Positions 8,744 to 17,703 of a DNA stretch of 64,000 nt are shown piece by piece; the stretch's first letter is position 1, and every line of letters begins with the position of its first letter. The translations under genes were made by a program, and so were the position numbers. The stretch spans positions 22,219-86,218 of the forward strand of contig WYBL01000086.1 of assembly GCA_011526565.1 (NCBI GenBank). Reading direction: 5' to 3'. The stretch is from Acidobacteriota bacterium. GTDB lineage: Bacteria > Acidobacteriota > Vicinamibacteria > Fen-336. The notes under the pieces are model-generated. The model was not told where the DNA came from. It saw nothing but the letters and a program-made list of their open reading frames with translations, and ran no database searches.

Positions 8744-8756
8744 GGGGAAAGAAGCG

Positions 8757-11606
8757 ATGAGCGAGACGCGCTACCCCGGCCCCTCCGGTCACCCCGGCCT
8801 CGCGGCCTTCCCGCCGAAAGAACGGTGGGACGACTGGAAGGAACTCGACTCGAAGGCCTGGCCGCAGCGCAAGGAGCGGCGCTACCTGCTGGTGCCGACC
8901 ACCTGCTTCAACTGCGAATCGGCCTGCGGCCTGCTCGCCTACGTCGACCGCGACACGCTCCAGGTCCGCAAGCTGGAGGGCAACCCCGAGCACCCCGGCT
9001 CGCGCGGTCGCAACTGCGCGAAAGGGCCGGCGACGCTCAACCAGATCCACGATCCCGAGCGCATCCTCCATCCGCTCAGGCGGGTGGGGAAGCGCGGCGA
9101 GGGGAAGTGGAAGCGGGTGTCGTGGGACGAGGCGCTCGCGGACATCGCGGCGCGGATCGCCGACAGCCTCGACCGCAACCGGCCGAACGAGGTCATGTAC
9201 CACGTCGGCCGCCCGGGCGAAGACGGCTACACCGAGCGGGTGCTGGCGGCGTGGGGCGTCGACGGCCACAACTCGCACACCAACATCTGCTCGTCTTCGG
9301 CCCGAGCCGGCTACCAGTTCTGGATGGGCCTTGACCGACCCTCGCCCGACCACGCGGGCGCCGAGCTGATCCTGCTGATCTCGGCCCACCTCGAGTCGGG
9401 CCACTACTTCAACCCGCACGCGCAGCGGGTGATGGAGGCCAAGCAGCGCGGCGCGAAGCTGGTCGTGTTCGACGTCCGGCTGTCGAACACCGCGACCCAC
9501 GCCGATCACTGGCTGGCGCCGTACCCCGGCTCCGAGGCCGCGATCCTGCTCGCGATCGCCCGCCACCTGATCGAGACGAAGAGCTACGACCGCGAGTTCG
9601 TGCGCCGCTTCTGGAACTGGCGCGAGTACCTGCGCGTGTGCCGCCCCGGCGAGCCCGAGACCTTCGCCGGCTTCGAGCGCGCGCTCGCCGACCTCTACGC
9701 CGAATACACGTTCGAGTTCGCGGCGCAGGAGTCCGGCGTCGACGCCGCCGCGATCGAGGAGGTGGCGAAGCTGGTGGCGAAGGCCGGCACCCGGCTTTCG
9801 ACCCACACCTGGCGCAGCGCGACCGCGGGCAACCTCGGCGGCTGGCAGGTGGCGCGCTGCCTGTTCCTGCTCAACGCGCTGACCGGCGCGGTGGCGACCC
9901 CCGGCGGCACCTTCCCGAACGCGTGGAACAAGTTCGTGCCGCGGCCGATCCACACGCCGCCGCACCCGCACACGTGGAACGACCTGACCTGGCCGCAGGA
10001 GTTCCCGCTCTCGATGAACGAGCTGTCGTTCCTGCTGCCTCACTTCCTGAAGGAAGGCCGCGGCACGCTCTCGGTCTACTTCAGCCGCGTCTACAACCCG
10101 GTGTGGACCAACCCCGACGGCTTCACCTGGATCGAGCAGCTCAGCGACGAGTCGAAAGTCGGGCTCCACGTCGCGCTGACCCCGACCTGGAGCGAGACCG
10201 CGTACTTCGCCGACTACGTGCTGCCCGTCGGCCTCGGCTCCGAGCGCCACGACACCCACTCCTACGAGACCCACGACGCGCAGTGGCTCGGCTTCCGCCA
10301 GCCGGTGCTGAAGGAGGCGCGCCAGCGCCTGGGCGAGAAGGTGGGCGACACCCGTCACGTGAACCCCGGCGAGGTGTGGGAGGAGAACGAGTTCTGGATC
10401 GAGCTGTCTTGGCGCATCGACCCCGACGGCCGCCGCGGCATCCGCAGGCACTTCGAGTCGAAGGCGAACCCGGGCGCGAAGCTGACGGTCGACGAGTACT
10501 ACGCCTGGATGTTCGAGAACTCGGTGCCGGGCCTGCCGGAGAAGGCCGCGGCCGAGGGCCTGACTCCGCTGCAGTACATGCGCCGCAACGGCGCCTTCGA
10601 GATCCGCCGCGGCACCGGAGCGCTCCACGCGCAGGAAGTCGACCGCGACGAGCTGCAGGACACGGTGACCGACGACCTCGGCCGCGTGTTCACGAAGGCG
10701 CCGAAGCCGGCGAGCCCCAACCTCGTCCCGATCCCCACGCCCGACGGCGACGCGATGGGACGGCGGCTCGCGGGGATCGACGTCGACGGCAAGGTGCTGC
10801 GCGGCTTCCCGACGCCTTCGGGCCGGCTCGAGTTCTTCTCGCGCACGCTGCACGACTGGGGCTGGGCCGAGGCCGCGATCCCCACGTACCTGAAGAGCCA
10901 CGTGCACCCCGAGAACCTGCAGCCGGGCGAGATGCCGCTGATCCCGACCTTCCGGCTGCCGGTGCAGATCCACACCCGCAGCGCGAACGCCAAGTGGCTC
11001 GACGAGATCGCCCACACCAACCCGGTGTGGATGCACCCGCAGGACGCGGAGCGCCTCGGCGGCATCCGCACCGGCGACCTGGTGCGGGTCGAGACCCGGA
11101 TCGGCCACTTCGTGGTCAAGGCGTGGGTGACCGAGGGCATCCGCCCCGGCGTCGTCGCCTGCAGCCACCACATGGGCCGCTGGAAGCTCGACGGCGGCCC
11201 CGGCCAGCGGCAGATGATGGCGACGGTCGCGCTGCTGCGCGACGGCGCGCGCCAGGTGCTGACCCGGTTGCGCGACGTGACGCCGTTCGCGAGCGACGAC
11301 CCCGACACGTCCCGCGTGTGGTGGACCGACGCCGGCGTGCACCAGAACCTGACCTTCCCGGTGCAGCCCGACCCGGTCTCGGGCATGCACTGCTGGCACC
11401 AGGCGGTGAAGGTGACGAAGGCACGGCCCGGCGACGCCCACGGCGACGTCGAAGTCGACGCCGAGCGCGCCCACGCGGCGTACAAGGACTGGCTGCAGCG
11501 CACGCGGCCCGCCCGCGAGCACTCCCCGGACGGCACCCGCCGCCCCTACTGGCTGCTGCGCCCGCTCAAGCCCGCCCGCGAGGTCTTCGCGCTCCCGAAG
11601 GCCTGA
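8757..11606 (+). CDS. Molybdopterin (Mo-bisPGD, DMSO-reductase family) oxidoreductase catalytic subunit, Psr/Phs/Ttr-like
   Basis: 949 aa; N-terminal CFNCESACGLL...C 4Fe-4S motif, molybdopterin-binding domains; 14 bp after the FeS/NrfD gene; no Tat motif. Confidence 0.9.
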   Translation: MSETRYPGPSGHPGLAAFPPKERWDDWKELDSKAWPQRKERRYLLVPTTCFNCESACGLLAYVDRDTLQVRKLEGNPEHPGSRGRNCAKGPATLNQIHDPERILHPLRRVGKRGEGKWKRVSWDEALADIAARIADSLDRNRPNEVMYHVGRPGEDGYTERVLAAWGVDGHNSHTNICSSSARAGYQFWMGLDRPSPDHAGAELILLISAHLESGHYFNPHAQRVMEAKQRGAKLVVFDVRLSNTATHADHWLAPYPGSEAAILLAIARHLIETKSYDREFVRRFWNWREYLRVCRPGEPETFAGFERALADLYAEYTFEFAAQESGVDAAAIEEVAKLVAKAGTRLSTHTWRSATAGNLGGWQVARCLFLLNALTGAVATPGGTFPNAWNKFVPRPIHTPPHPHTWNDLTWPQEFPLSMNELSFLLPHFLKEGRGTLSVYFSRVYNPVWTNPDGFTWIEQLSDESKVGLHVALTPTWSETAYFADYVLPVGLGSERHDTHSYETHDAQWLGFRQPVLKEARQRLGEKVGDTRHVNPGEVWEENEFWIELSWRIDPDGRRGIRRHFESKANPGAKLTVDEYYAWMFENSVPGLPEKAAAEGLTPLQYMRRNGAFEIRRGTGALHAQEVDRDELQDTVTDDLGRVFTKAPKPASPNLVPIPTPDGDAMGRRLAGIDVDGKVLRGFPTPSGRLEFFSRTLHDWGWAEAAIPTYLKSHVHPENLQPGEMPLIPTFRLPVQIHTRSANAKWLDEIAHTNPVWMHPQDAERLGGIRTGDLVRVETRIGHFVVKAWVTEGIRPGVVACSHHMGRWKLDGGPGQRQMMATVALLRDGARQVLTRLRDVTPFASDDPDTSRVWWTDAGVHQNLTFPVQPDPVSGMHCWHQAVKVTKARPGDAHGDVEVDAERAHAAYKDWLQRTRPAREHSPDGTRRPYWLLRPLKPAREVFALPKA

Positions 11607-11670
11607 CCCTCGGCCGTCGCCCCCCCGAGTTCCCGTCTGCGCGATCTCGTGGGCCCGTAAATATGGGAAT

Positions 11671-11937
11671 ATGGGGACCGTGAAGACGACGATCGAGCTG
11701 CCGGACGCCCTGTTCCGGAGTGCCAAGGCCCGGGCCGCCGAGCGGGGCCAGCCGCTCAAGCAGTTCGTCACCGAGGCCCTCCAGGAGAAGCTCGCCGGGA
11801 GACCTCGCCGCAGTGCAGACGAACCCGCGTGGATGCGTGGCTTCGGGGGCCTGAAGGACCTGCGCGCGGAGACCCGGCGGGTGCAGCGCCGGATCGACGC
11901 CGCATTCGAGGAGATCGAACCCGAGGACCGGGCGTGA
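11671..11937 (+). CDS. vapB: Type II antitoxin (VapB-like) of a VapBC module
   Basis: 88-aa ORF, stop overlaps the PIN-gene GTG start (GTGA at 11934-11937). Confidence 0.65.
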   Translation: MGTVKTTIELPDALFRSAKARAAERGQPLKQFVTEALQEKLAGRPRRSADEPAWMRGFGGLKDLRAETRRVQRRIDAAFEEIEPEDRA

Positions 11938-12326
11938 TCCTCGACACGAACGCGCTCTCGGCCTTCGTCGACGGGTCCCCGGCCATCGGCGACGTGGTCC
12001 GCGGACAGCGGCGCCTCGCCCTCCCGGTTGTCGTGATCGGCGAGTTCCGCTACGGCATCGCGATGTCGCGGCACCGCGCAGCCTACGAGCGCTGGCTCGA
12101 CGAGCACGCGCGCGATTTCGAGATCCTGGACGTGACCGAGGCGACCGCCGCCGTGTACGCAGCGCTTCGAGTCGAGCTGAAGCGGCGGGGGCGGCCGATT
12201 CCGGCGATCGACGCCTGGATCGCCGCGCTCGCACTCGAGCACGGCCTGCCCGTGCTCTCCCGCGACGCACACTTCGACGTGGTGGCCGGTCTCCACCGCG
12301 TCGACTGGTCGGTCTCCGCGGGCTGA
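11934..12326 (+). CDS. vapC: PIN-domain toxin VapC
   Basis: VILDTNALSAF N-terminus (Asp of the PIN active site), about 130 aa; longer ORF from 11829 is a GC-rich upstream extension. Confidence 0.8.
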   Translation: MILDTNALSAFVDGSPAIGDVVRGQRRLALPVVVIGEFRYGIAMSRHRAAYERWLDEHARDFEILDVTEATAAVYAALRVELKRRGRPIPAIDAWIAALALEHGLPVLSRDAHFDVVAGLHRVDWSVSAG

Positions 12327-12373
12327 CGGCCGGCGGCTCGTCGAATGCGCTTGACTTCGGTCGCTGATGAACA

Positions 12374-12399
12374 CATACTGAACCATATGGTTCAGTATG
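12374..12399 (+). promoter_or_regulatory. 26-bp perfect palindrome CATACTGAACCATATGGTTCAGTATG centred on the ArsR start codon; putative ArsR/SmtB operator
   Basis: Perfect inverted repeat (13/13) with centre at ATAT; the in-frame ATG at 12387 lies at its centre. Confidence 0.6.
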
Positions 12400-12758
12400 G
12401 GCATCCGGCACCGACGCATCTCGACGCGTCGTTCGCCGCGCTCTCGGACGTCACCCGGCGTGGCGTCCTGGAGCAGCTCGGGCGCGCCGACGCCTCGATC
12501 ACGGAGCTCGCCGGGAAGTTCCGCATGACGCTCACCGGCATGAAGAAGCACGTGAGCGTGCTGGAGCAGGCGGGGCTCGTCACGACGGAGAAAGTCGGGC
12601 GGGTGCGGACGTGCCGGCTCGGCGCGCGCCGCCTGGAAGAAGAGGCCGCCTGGATCGAGCGATACCGAGAGCTCTGGGCCGCGCGTTTCGACGCGCTGGA
12701 CGTGGTCGTCGACGAACTGATGAAGGAGAAACGCGATGGACGCCAGAAGAGAAGCTGA
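12387..12758 (+). CDS. ArsR/SmtB-family metalloregulator-type transcriptional regulator
   Basis: ASFAALSDVTRRGVLEQLG...ITELAG HTH region typical of ArsR; start chosen at the ATG inside the palindrome (ORF upstream to 12345 possible). Confidence 0.8.
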   Translation: MVQYGHPAPTHLDASFAALSDVTRRGVLEQLGRADASITELAGKFRMTLTGMKKHVSVLEQAGLVTTEKVGRVRTCRLGARRLEEEAAWIERYRELWAARFDALDVVVDELMKEKRDGRQKRS

Positions 12759-13257
12759 GCCTGCGAAGAACCCGACGACGGCGGAGCGGGCGTCCGAGCG
12801 CGAGCTCGTCGTCACACGCAGCTTCGACGCCCCGGCCCGCATCGTGTTCGAGGCCTGGACCCGGCCCGAGTTGCTCCAGCGCTGGTGGGTGCCGAAGTCG
12901 TGCGGAGCGACGCTGGCCTCGTGCGAGGCGGATGTCCGCGTCGGCGGCCAGTACCGCTTCGTGTTCACCCACCCCGAGGCGCCCCAGCCGATGGCTTTCT
13001 TCGGCCGCTACCTCGAGGTGGTGCCGCCCGCGCGCCTCGTGTGGACCAACGAAGAAGGGGGCGAGAACGGACAGGTCACGACGGTGACCTTCGAGGAACG
13101 GGACGGCCGCACCCGCCTCGTGATGCGCGAGCTGTATCCGTCGAAGGAGGCGCTCGACGAAGCCGTCGCGTCCGGCAGCACGAGCGGGAACAGCGAGAGC
13201 TTCCTCCAGCTCGACGATCTCCTCGAGGCACTCGGGTCGCGGGCGGGGCTGGCCTGA
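12736..13257 (+). CDS. SRPBCC / AHSA1-like (activator of Hsp90 ATPase homologue) domain protein, common ArsR partner
   Basis: 173 aa; AHSA1/SRPBCC-like pattern (RIVFEAWTRPELLQRWW...); overlaps the ArsR gene end. Confidence 0.75.
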   Translation: MDARREAEPAKNPTTAERASERELVVTRSFDAPARIVFEAWTRPELLQRWWVPKSCGATLASCEADVRVGGQYRFVFTHPEAPQPMAFFGRYLEVVPPARLVWTNEEGGENGQVTTVTFEERDGRTRLVMRELYPSKEALDEAVASGSTSGNSESFLQLDDLLEALGSRAGLA

Positions 13258-13269
13258 GCCACCACCCGC

Positions 13270-13803
13270 TCAGCCGCGGAGCCCCGCCGCGGTGTCGCCG
13301 CCTGCCGCCGCGGGAGCTGCGAGCGACGCGCCGCAGCCGGCACAGTTGCGCCAACCCGGCTCGACCCTCTGGCGGCAAGCGGGGCAGACGGCCCGTACCG
13401 GCGACCCGCAGCCCGGACAGAACGCATGCTGCTTGCCCGCCAGCATCCCGCACGTGCCGCAGGGAACGGGCAGCGGCTCGCGCAGGATGAAGTAGAGGAT
13501 GAGCCCGATGCCGTTGGGAACGAAGATCGCGATCAGCGTCCACATCACGTGCCGCATGCCCCGGCGCCGGGCGTCGCCGAACACGTAACCGACGAGCAGG
13601 ATGAAGGCGGCGAGGAAGGCGACGCCGAAGAGCGACGCCAGGAACAGCGGCCCCAGCATCGCCACGGCCCCGGGGTCCTTCTCCAGGAACCCGGGCAGCA
13701 GGAACAGGCTGCCCATCAGCACGACGACGACCGAGCAGACGACGAGCGCGGTCCAGCGGGCCCCGGCGGGAACGACGGCGAACTCCTTCTCCAGGCGACT
13801 CAT
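13270..13803 (-). CDS. Membrane protein with C-terminal zinc-ribbon (CxxC...CxxC x2)
   Basis: 4 predicted TM helices then CGTCGM...CPGCGSPVRAVCPACR...CAGCG; start overlaps anti-sigma stop. Confidence 0.6.
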   Translation of the reverse strand: MSRLEKEFAVVPAGARWTALVVCSVVVVLMGSLFLLPGFLEKDPGAVAMLGPLFLASLFGVAFLAAFILLVGYVFGDARRRGMRHVMWTLIAIFVPNGIGLILYFILREPLPVPCGTCGMLAGKQHAFCPGCGSPVRAVCPACRQRVEPGWRNCAGCGASLAAPAAAGGDTAAGLRG

Positions 13804-14267
13804 GCGACCCTCCCCTCATCCCGCACGTGGCGGCCGAGCAGCACCGCCGCGACTGCGGCGGACAGCCAGCCCGCCGCCAGGTACACGCCGTACCACGCCG
13901 CTGCGCCGCCGACCGGGCGCTGGAGCCACTGCGCGATGCCCCCGGCGACGAGATCGGCCACGAACCAGGACGCGACGATCGACGTCCACGCGAACGCCAC
14001 CAGCAGGCCGAGCACCTTCCGGTTCCAGGCCTGCTCCTCGCGTTCGGCCAGCGCCCTCTCGACCGCGCCGAGCGTCCGCACGACCAGCGCGCGCGACGGC
14101 ACCGGCGCAGGGACGCGGCGCAGCTCTTCCACGACCACGCCCCACGCCGCTGCCTCGGCCGCGCAGTCGGGGCACTCGCGAAGGTGGCCCTCGACGCCGG
14201 CTCGTTCGGCGCCGTCGAGCGCCCCCGCGACGAAGAGCGGCAGCAGGTCGCGGTGGTGGGCCTTCAT
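13800..14267 (-). CDS. Anti-sigma factor (zf-HC2 putative zinc finger, one TM)
   Basis: MKAHHRDLLPLFVAGALDG...HLRECPDCAAE motif; GGAGG 7 nt upstream of the ATG; ATGA overlap with the sigma-factor stop. Upstream 130 codons of the ORF are low-complexity and not counted. Confidence 0.75.
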   Translation of the reverse strand: MKAHHRDLLPLFVAGALDGAERAGVEGHLRECPDCAAEAAAWGVVVEELRRVPAPVPSRALVVRTLGAVERALAEREEQAWNRKVLGLLVAFAWTSIVASWFVADLVAGGIAQWLQRPVGGAAAWYGVYLAAGWLSAAVAAVLLGRHVRDEGRVA

Positions 14268-14869
14268 CGCCAGTCCTCCGCAGGAGCGACCGCCAGCAGC
14301 CGGTCGCGCAGGCGCATCAGCGCCCGATAGAGGCGTGCCTTCGCGGTGGGCAGCGGGACGCGCAGCGCGTGCGCCAGTTCCGGCAACGTCAGGTCCTCGT
14401 CGAAGCGGCGCGACAGCACTTCCCGGTCGAGCGGCCCGAGCGCGGCGAGCGACCCGGCCACCCGCTCGCGCCGCTGACGGACGGCCGCCAGCGACAGCGG
14501 GTCGGCCTCCGCCGACGCCAGGGCGGGCGCGTCGACCTCGTCCAGGCTCTGCGGCCGCGCCCGCCGGAGATGGTCCAGCGCCAGGTTCCGCGCGATGGCG
14601 AAGAGCCACGGCCCGAACTGCCGCCCCGGATCGAAGCGGTCGATCCGCTCTGCGGCCCGCACCCACGTCTGCTGGAACACGTCCTCGGCCACGGCCTTAT
14701 CTCCCAGCAGCCGCAGCAGGTAGCGGAACAGCCGGTCCTGGTGCCGTTCCAGCAGGCCGGCAAGCCCGGAAGTGTCGCCGCGGCGCAGCCGCCCGACGTC
14801 CTCCCGGTCCGCGCGACCCGCCTCCGGCTCCGGACCCACCCGGCCTCCTTCCCCTGCGGCCTCGTCCAT
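14264..14869 (-). CDS. ECF (sigma-70 family, group 4) RNA polymerase sigma factor
   Basis: Region 2 (LFRYLLRLLGDKAVAEDVFQQTWVRA) and region 4 (LTLPELAHALRVPLPTAKARLYRA) signatures. Confidence 0.9.
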   Translation of the reverse strand: MDEAAGEGGRVGPEPEAGRADREDVGRLRRGDTSGLAGLLERHQDRLFRYLLRLLGDKAVAEDVFQQTWVRAAERIDRFDPGRQFGPWLFAIARNLALDHLRRARPQSLDEVDAPALASAEADPLSLAAVRQRRERVAGSLAALGPLDREVLSRRFDEDLTLPELAHALRVPLPTAKARLYRALMRLRDRLLAVAPAEDWR

Positions 14870-14932
14870 TCCGATTACGGACGAGCGGTCCGAAAGGACG
14901 CAGGCCGGGCTCCGGGGAGAGAGTCGCCCCGC

Positions 14933-15367
14933 TCAGCCCCGGTAGGACTCGGCCGCCTCGATTGCCGCTTCGACCTGCTCGCGGCTGGGGTGGACCTGGG
15001 GGCGCTTCGCGCGCAGCAGCAGCAGCGCCTCGTCGACGCCCTGCTCCTGGTACGGGCCGGCCAGCAGGTAGGCGAGCGCGGCGGTCGCCGAGCGGCCGAT
15101 GCCGGCCATGCAGTGCACGAACACCGGCACCTTCTCCCGCTCGCAGTGGCGCAGGAACGAGATGCCCATGTGCAGGTGGACCCGCGACGGCGGTGTGTGG
15201 TCGACCGTGGGCAGCCACAGGAACGACTCGAACGCCCACGGGTCCGCGCCCTCCTGCTTCATGTCGACGCAGGCGCGGACGCCGTGGGCGCGCAGCCGGT
15301 GGTAGTCGTCGAGCGAGGCGATGCGCGAGCCGAGGTACAGCGTCTCGGTGATGCGGTCGAAGCCCAA
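14933..15367 (-). CDS. Dual-specificity / protein-tyrosine phosphatase-like protein (CX5R)
   Basis: VHCMAGIGRSAT active-site motif; ITETLYLGS N-terminus; TTG start 14 nt after the pepA stop; remainder of the 865-aa ORF is artefact. Confidence 0.7.
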   Translation of the reverse strand: MGFDRITETLYLGSRIASLDDYHRLRAHGVRACVDMKQEGADPWAFESFLWLPTVDHTPPSRVHLHMGISFLRHCEREKVPVFVHCMAGIGRSATAALAYLLAGPYQEQGVDEALLLLRAKRPQVHPSREQVEAAIEAAESYRG

Positions 15368-15381
15368 GCGGAGCCTGCCGC

Positions 15382-16869
15382 TTACGCGAGCGGCTCGTGG
15401 AAGCGCTCGACCAGGTCGACGAGCGTCTTCACGCCGAAGCCGATCGCGCCCGTCTCGTAGTACTTCCAGTCCTTCTCCCGGAACATCGGGCCCGCGATGT
15501 CGAGGTGCGCCCACTTGACGCCCTCGGGCACGAACTCGCGCAGGAACAGCCCGGCGGTGATGGCGCCGGCCAGCCCGCCGGCCGCGATGTTGTTGAGGTC
15601 GGCGAACGGGGTCTTGAGCGCCTCGCAGTACTCGTCGACCAGCGGCAGCTCCCAGTAGGCCTCGCCGTGATTGCTGCCGGAGCGCGAGACCCGGCGCAGC
15701 AGCTCGGGGTCGTTGCCCATCATGCCGGCCACCGACGGGCCGAGCGCGCGCAGCACGGCGCCCGTCAGGGTGGCGAGGTCGATGACGTGGGTGGCGCCTT
15801 CTTCGCCCGCGCGGTGCAGGCCGTCGGTCAGCACGAGGCGGCCTTCGGCGTCGGTGTTGTCGACCATGATCGACTTGCCGTTCTTCGCGGTGAAGATGTC
15901 GCCGGGGCGCTGGGCGTTGGCGTCGGGGAAGTTCTCGGCGCAGCACAGGATGCCGATCACCTTCAGGTTCGGCTTGAGGCGGCCGATCGCGCGCATCGCG
16001 CCGAGCACCGCCGCCGCGCCGCCCATGTCGCCCTTCATCTCCCACATGTGGTCGCCGGGCTTGAGGCTGATGCCGCCGGTGTCGAAGGTGATGCCCTTGC
16101 CGACGAGAGCGAGCGTCGGGCCGCCCTTCTGCGCCGGGACGTGGCGCAGGATCGCCATCCGCGGCTCGGTGCGGCTGCCGGCGCCGACCTGGAGCAGGCC
16201 GCGGTAGCCCTTGGCCTCGAGCGCCCTGGCGTCGAGGATCTCGGACTCGAGGCCGACCTCCTTCGCCGCGCGGTCCGCCGCTTCGGCCAGCGTCACCGGG
16301 TTGATCACGTTGCCCGGCTCGTTCATCAGGTCGCGCGCGAAGTTGACGTTCTCCGAGACCCACGCGTAGCGGCCGCGACGGGCTTCGGCGTCGGCCTGGC
16401 GCTCGGGGTGGGCGAGGATCACGAACGACGCCTGCTTCGCGAGGAAGTCGTCCTTCTCCTGCTTGTAGCGGTCGAACGTGTAGGCGCCGAGCAGCGCGCC
16501 CTCGACGGCCTTGCCGACCAGCGGCGCCGCCTCGATCGTGTTGAGCGCGAGGCCGACCGTCGACATCCGGTAGTCGCGGGCCAGCCGCAGCGCCTTCGCG
16601 GTGAAGGTCTTCAGGTTCTCCCACAGGTTGAACGCCTTGATCTGCGGGCTCCAGTAGACGACCACGGCCTTCGCCGCCGCGCCCTCGGGCAGCGTGGCGA
16701 AGTACTCGCGCTTGAGGCTCTTGTCCTTGAAGCCGGCCTCGGCGCGGGCGACGTGGGCCGCGACGGCGGCGTCGTCGATCGCGTGCAGCGCCTTGCCCTC
16801 GTCGAGCACGACGCAGAGCAGGTCGACAGGGGTCTGCGAGAGGGGGGCGAAGGAGAGGCGGATGTTCAT
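15382..16869 (-). CDS. pepA: Leucyl aminopeptidase (M17)
   Basis: NTDAEGRL signature, VGKGITFDTGG, 495 aa. Confidence 0.95.
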   Translation of the reverse strand: MNIRLSFAPLSQTPVDLLCVVLDEGKALHAIDDAAVAAHVARAEAGFKDKSLKREYFATLPEGAAAKAVVVYWSPQIKAFNLWENLKTFTAKALRLARDYRMSTVGLALNTIEAAPLVGKAVEGALLGAYTFDRYKQEKDDFLAKQASFVILAHPERQADAEARRGRYAWVSENVNFARDLMNEPGNVINPVTLAEAADRAAKEVGLESEILDARALEAKGYRGLLQVGAGSRTEPRMAILRHVPAQKGGPTLALVGKGITFDTGGISLKPGDHMWEMKGDMGGAAAVLGAMRAIGRLKPNLKVIGILCCAENFPDANAQRPGDIFTAKNGKSIMVDNTDAEGRLVLTDGLHRAGEEGATHVIDLATLTGAVLRALGPSVAGMMGNDPELLRRVSRSGSNHGEAYWELPLVDEYCEALKTPFADLNNIAAGGLAGAITAGLFLREFVPEGVKWAHLDIAGPMFREKDWKYYETGAIGFGVKTLVDLVERFHEPLA

Positions 16870-16941
16870 CGTGATCCTCGAAGTCCTGACGACTCGGAAA
16901 CTGCGGATGACGCGATGCGACGGCTCGCGGCGAGGCCTCGA

Positions 16942-17664
16942 TTATACGCCCCGGCCGGCGGCCGCCTCGCGCCGCCCCTTGCGCCACGCCCACCACAGGA
17001 AGAAGGCGAGGATCGAGACCCCGAGCCCGATCGTGACCGCGAACAGCGTCGCGGTGGTGCCGAGGATCGAGCGCGAGTCGAGCGTCGCCCCGAACTCCAG
17101 CTTGCCGCCGCCCAGCGCCGAGGCGACGCCCTGGCGCCACGAGGTGATGTTGCCGCGCTCGACGCCCTCGAACGCGTTCTTGTGGGCGTACACCCGGCTC
17201 GGCAGGTGGAAGCGCACCGCCATCAGCCCCTCGTGGTGCTCCGGCCCCGGGTCGCCCGTGGCGCCGGGCCGCACCCAGTCGCCCTCCAGCACCAGGTGCT
17301 CGCCCTCGCGGCGCAGGCCGATCGTCAGGTCGGGGAACGCGGGCGTGCCGCCCAGCTTGTTGACGTCGTCGAAGTCGGCCGAGACGAACAGGTAGGGCTG
17401 GCCCTGGCGCTCCGTGAGGGTGACGCGGCGGACGCTCAGGCCGCTGCGCTCGAACAGCGCCCGCGCCTGCTCGCGGGTCGCGTGGGCGGCCGGGTCGCGC
17501 GGGTCGCCGAGGCCCTTGAACGCGCCCCACAGCGCAGGTCGGCCGGTGACGTTGACGGTGCCCGAGCCGTCCACCCGCAGCCAGAACTCGTGCTCGTACT
17601 CGTAGGCGACGCAGCCCTTGAGGGAGGCGGCCAGCAGCAGCGAGAGGGCGAACGCGCGCAACAC
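16942..17664 (-). CDS. Lipoprotein of unknown function with C-terminal TM helix
   Basis: Signal peptide with lipobox LKGC, 240 aa. Confidence 0.55.
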   Translation of the reverse strand: MLRAFALSLLLAASLKGCVAYEYEHEFWLRVDGSGTVNVTGRPALWGAFKGLGDPRDPAAHATREQARALFERSGLSVRRVTLTERQGQPYLFVSADFDDVNKLGGTPAFPDLTIGLRREGEHLVLEGDWVRPGATGDPGPEHHEGLMAVRFHLPSRVYAHKNAFEGVERGNITSWRQGVASALGGGKLEFGATLDSRSILGTTATLFAVTIGLGVSILAFFLWWAWRKGRREAAAGRGV

Positions 17665-17703
17665 GGGCCGGGATTATAGGGGGGCGCCTACAATGGCCTG
17701 CCC

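Noticed and set aside
8637-12968. 1443-aa ORF on the minus strand
   Set aside because: It is antisense to the Mo-oxidoreductase, VapBC and ArsR genes. Its extreme Arg/Gly/Ala/Pro composition is typical of out-of-frame reading in a 70% GC genome, and it has no recognisable motifs.
14933-17530. 865-aa minus-strand ORF spanning pepA
   Set aside because: Only the C-terminal 144 codons (DUSP-like, VHCMAGIGRSAT) look real. The rest is an out-of-frame shadow of the pepA gene, which is encoded on the same strand in another frame.
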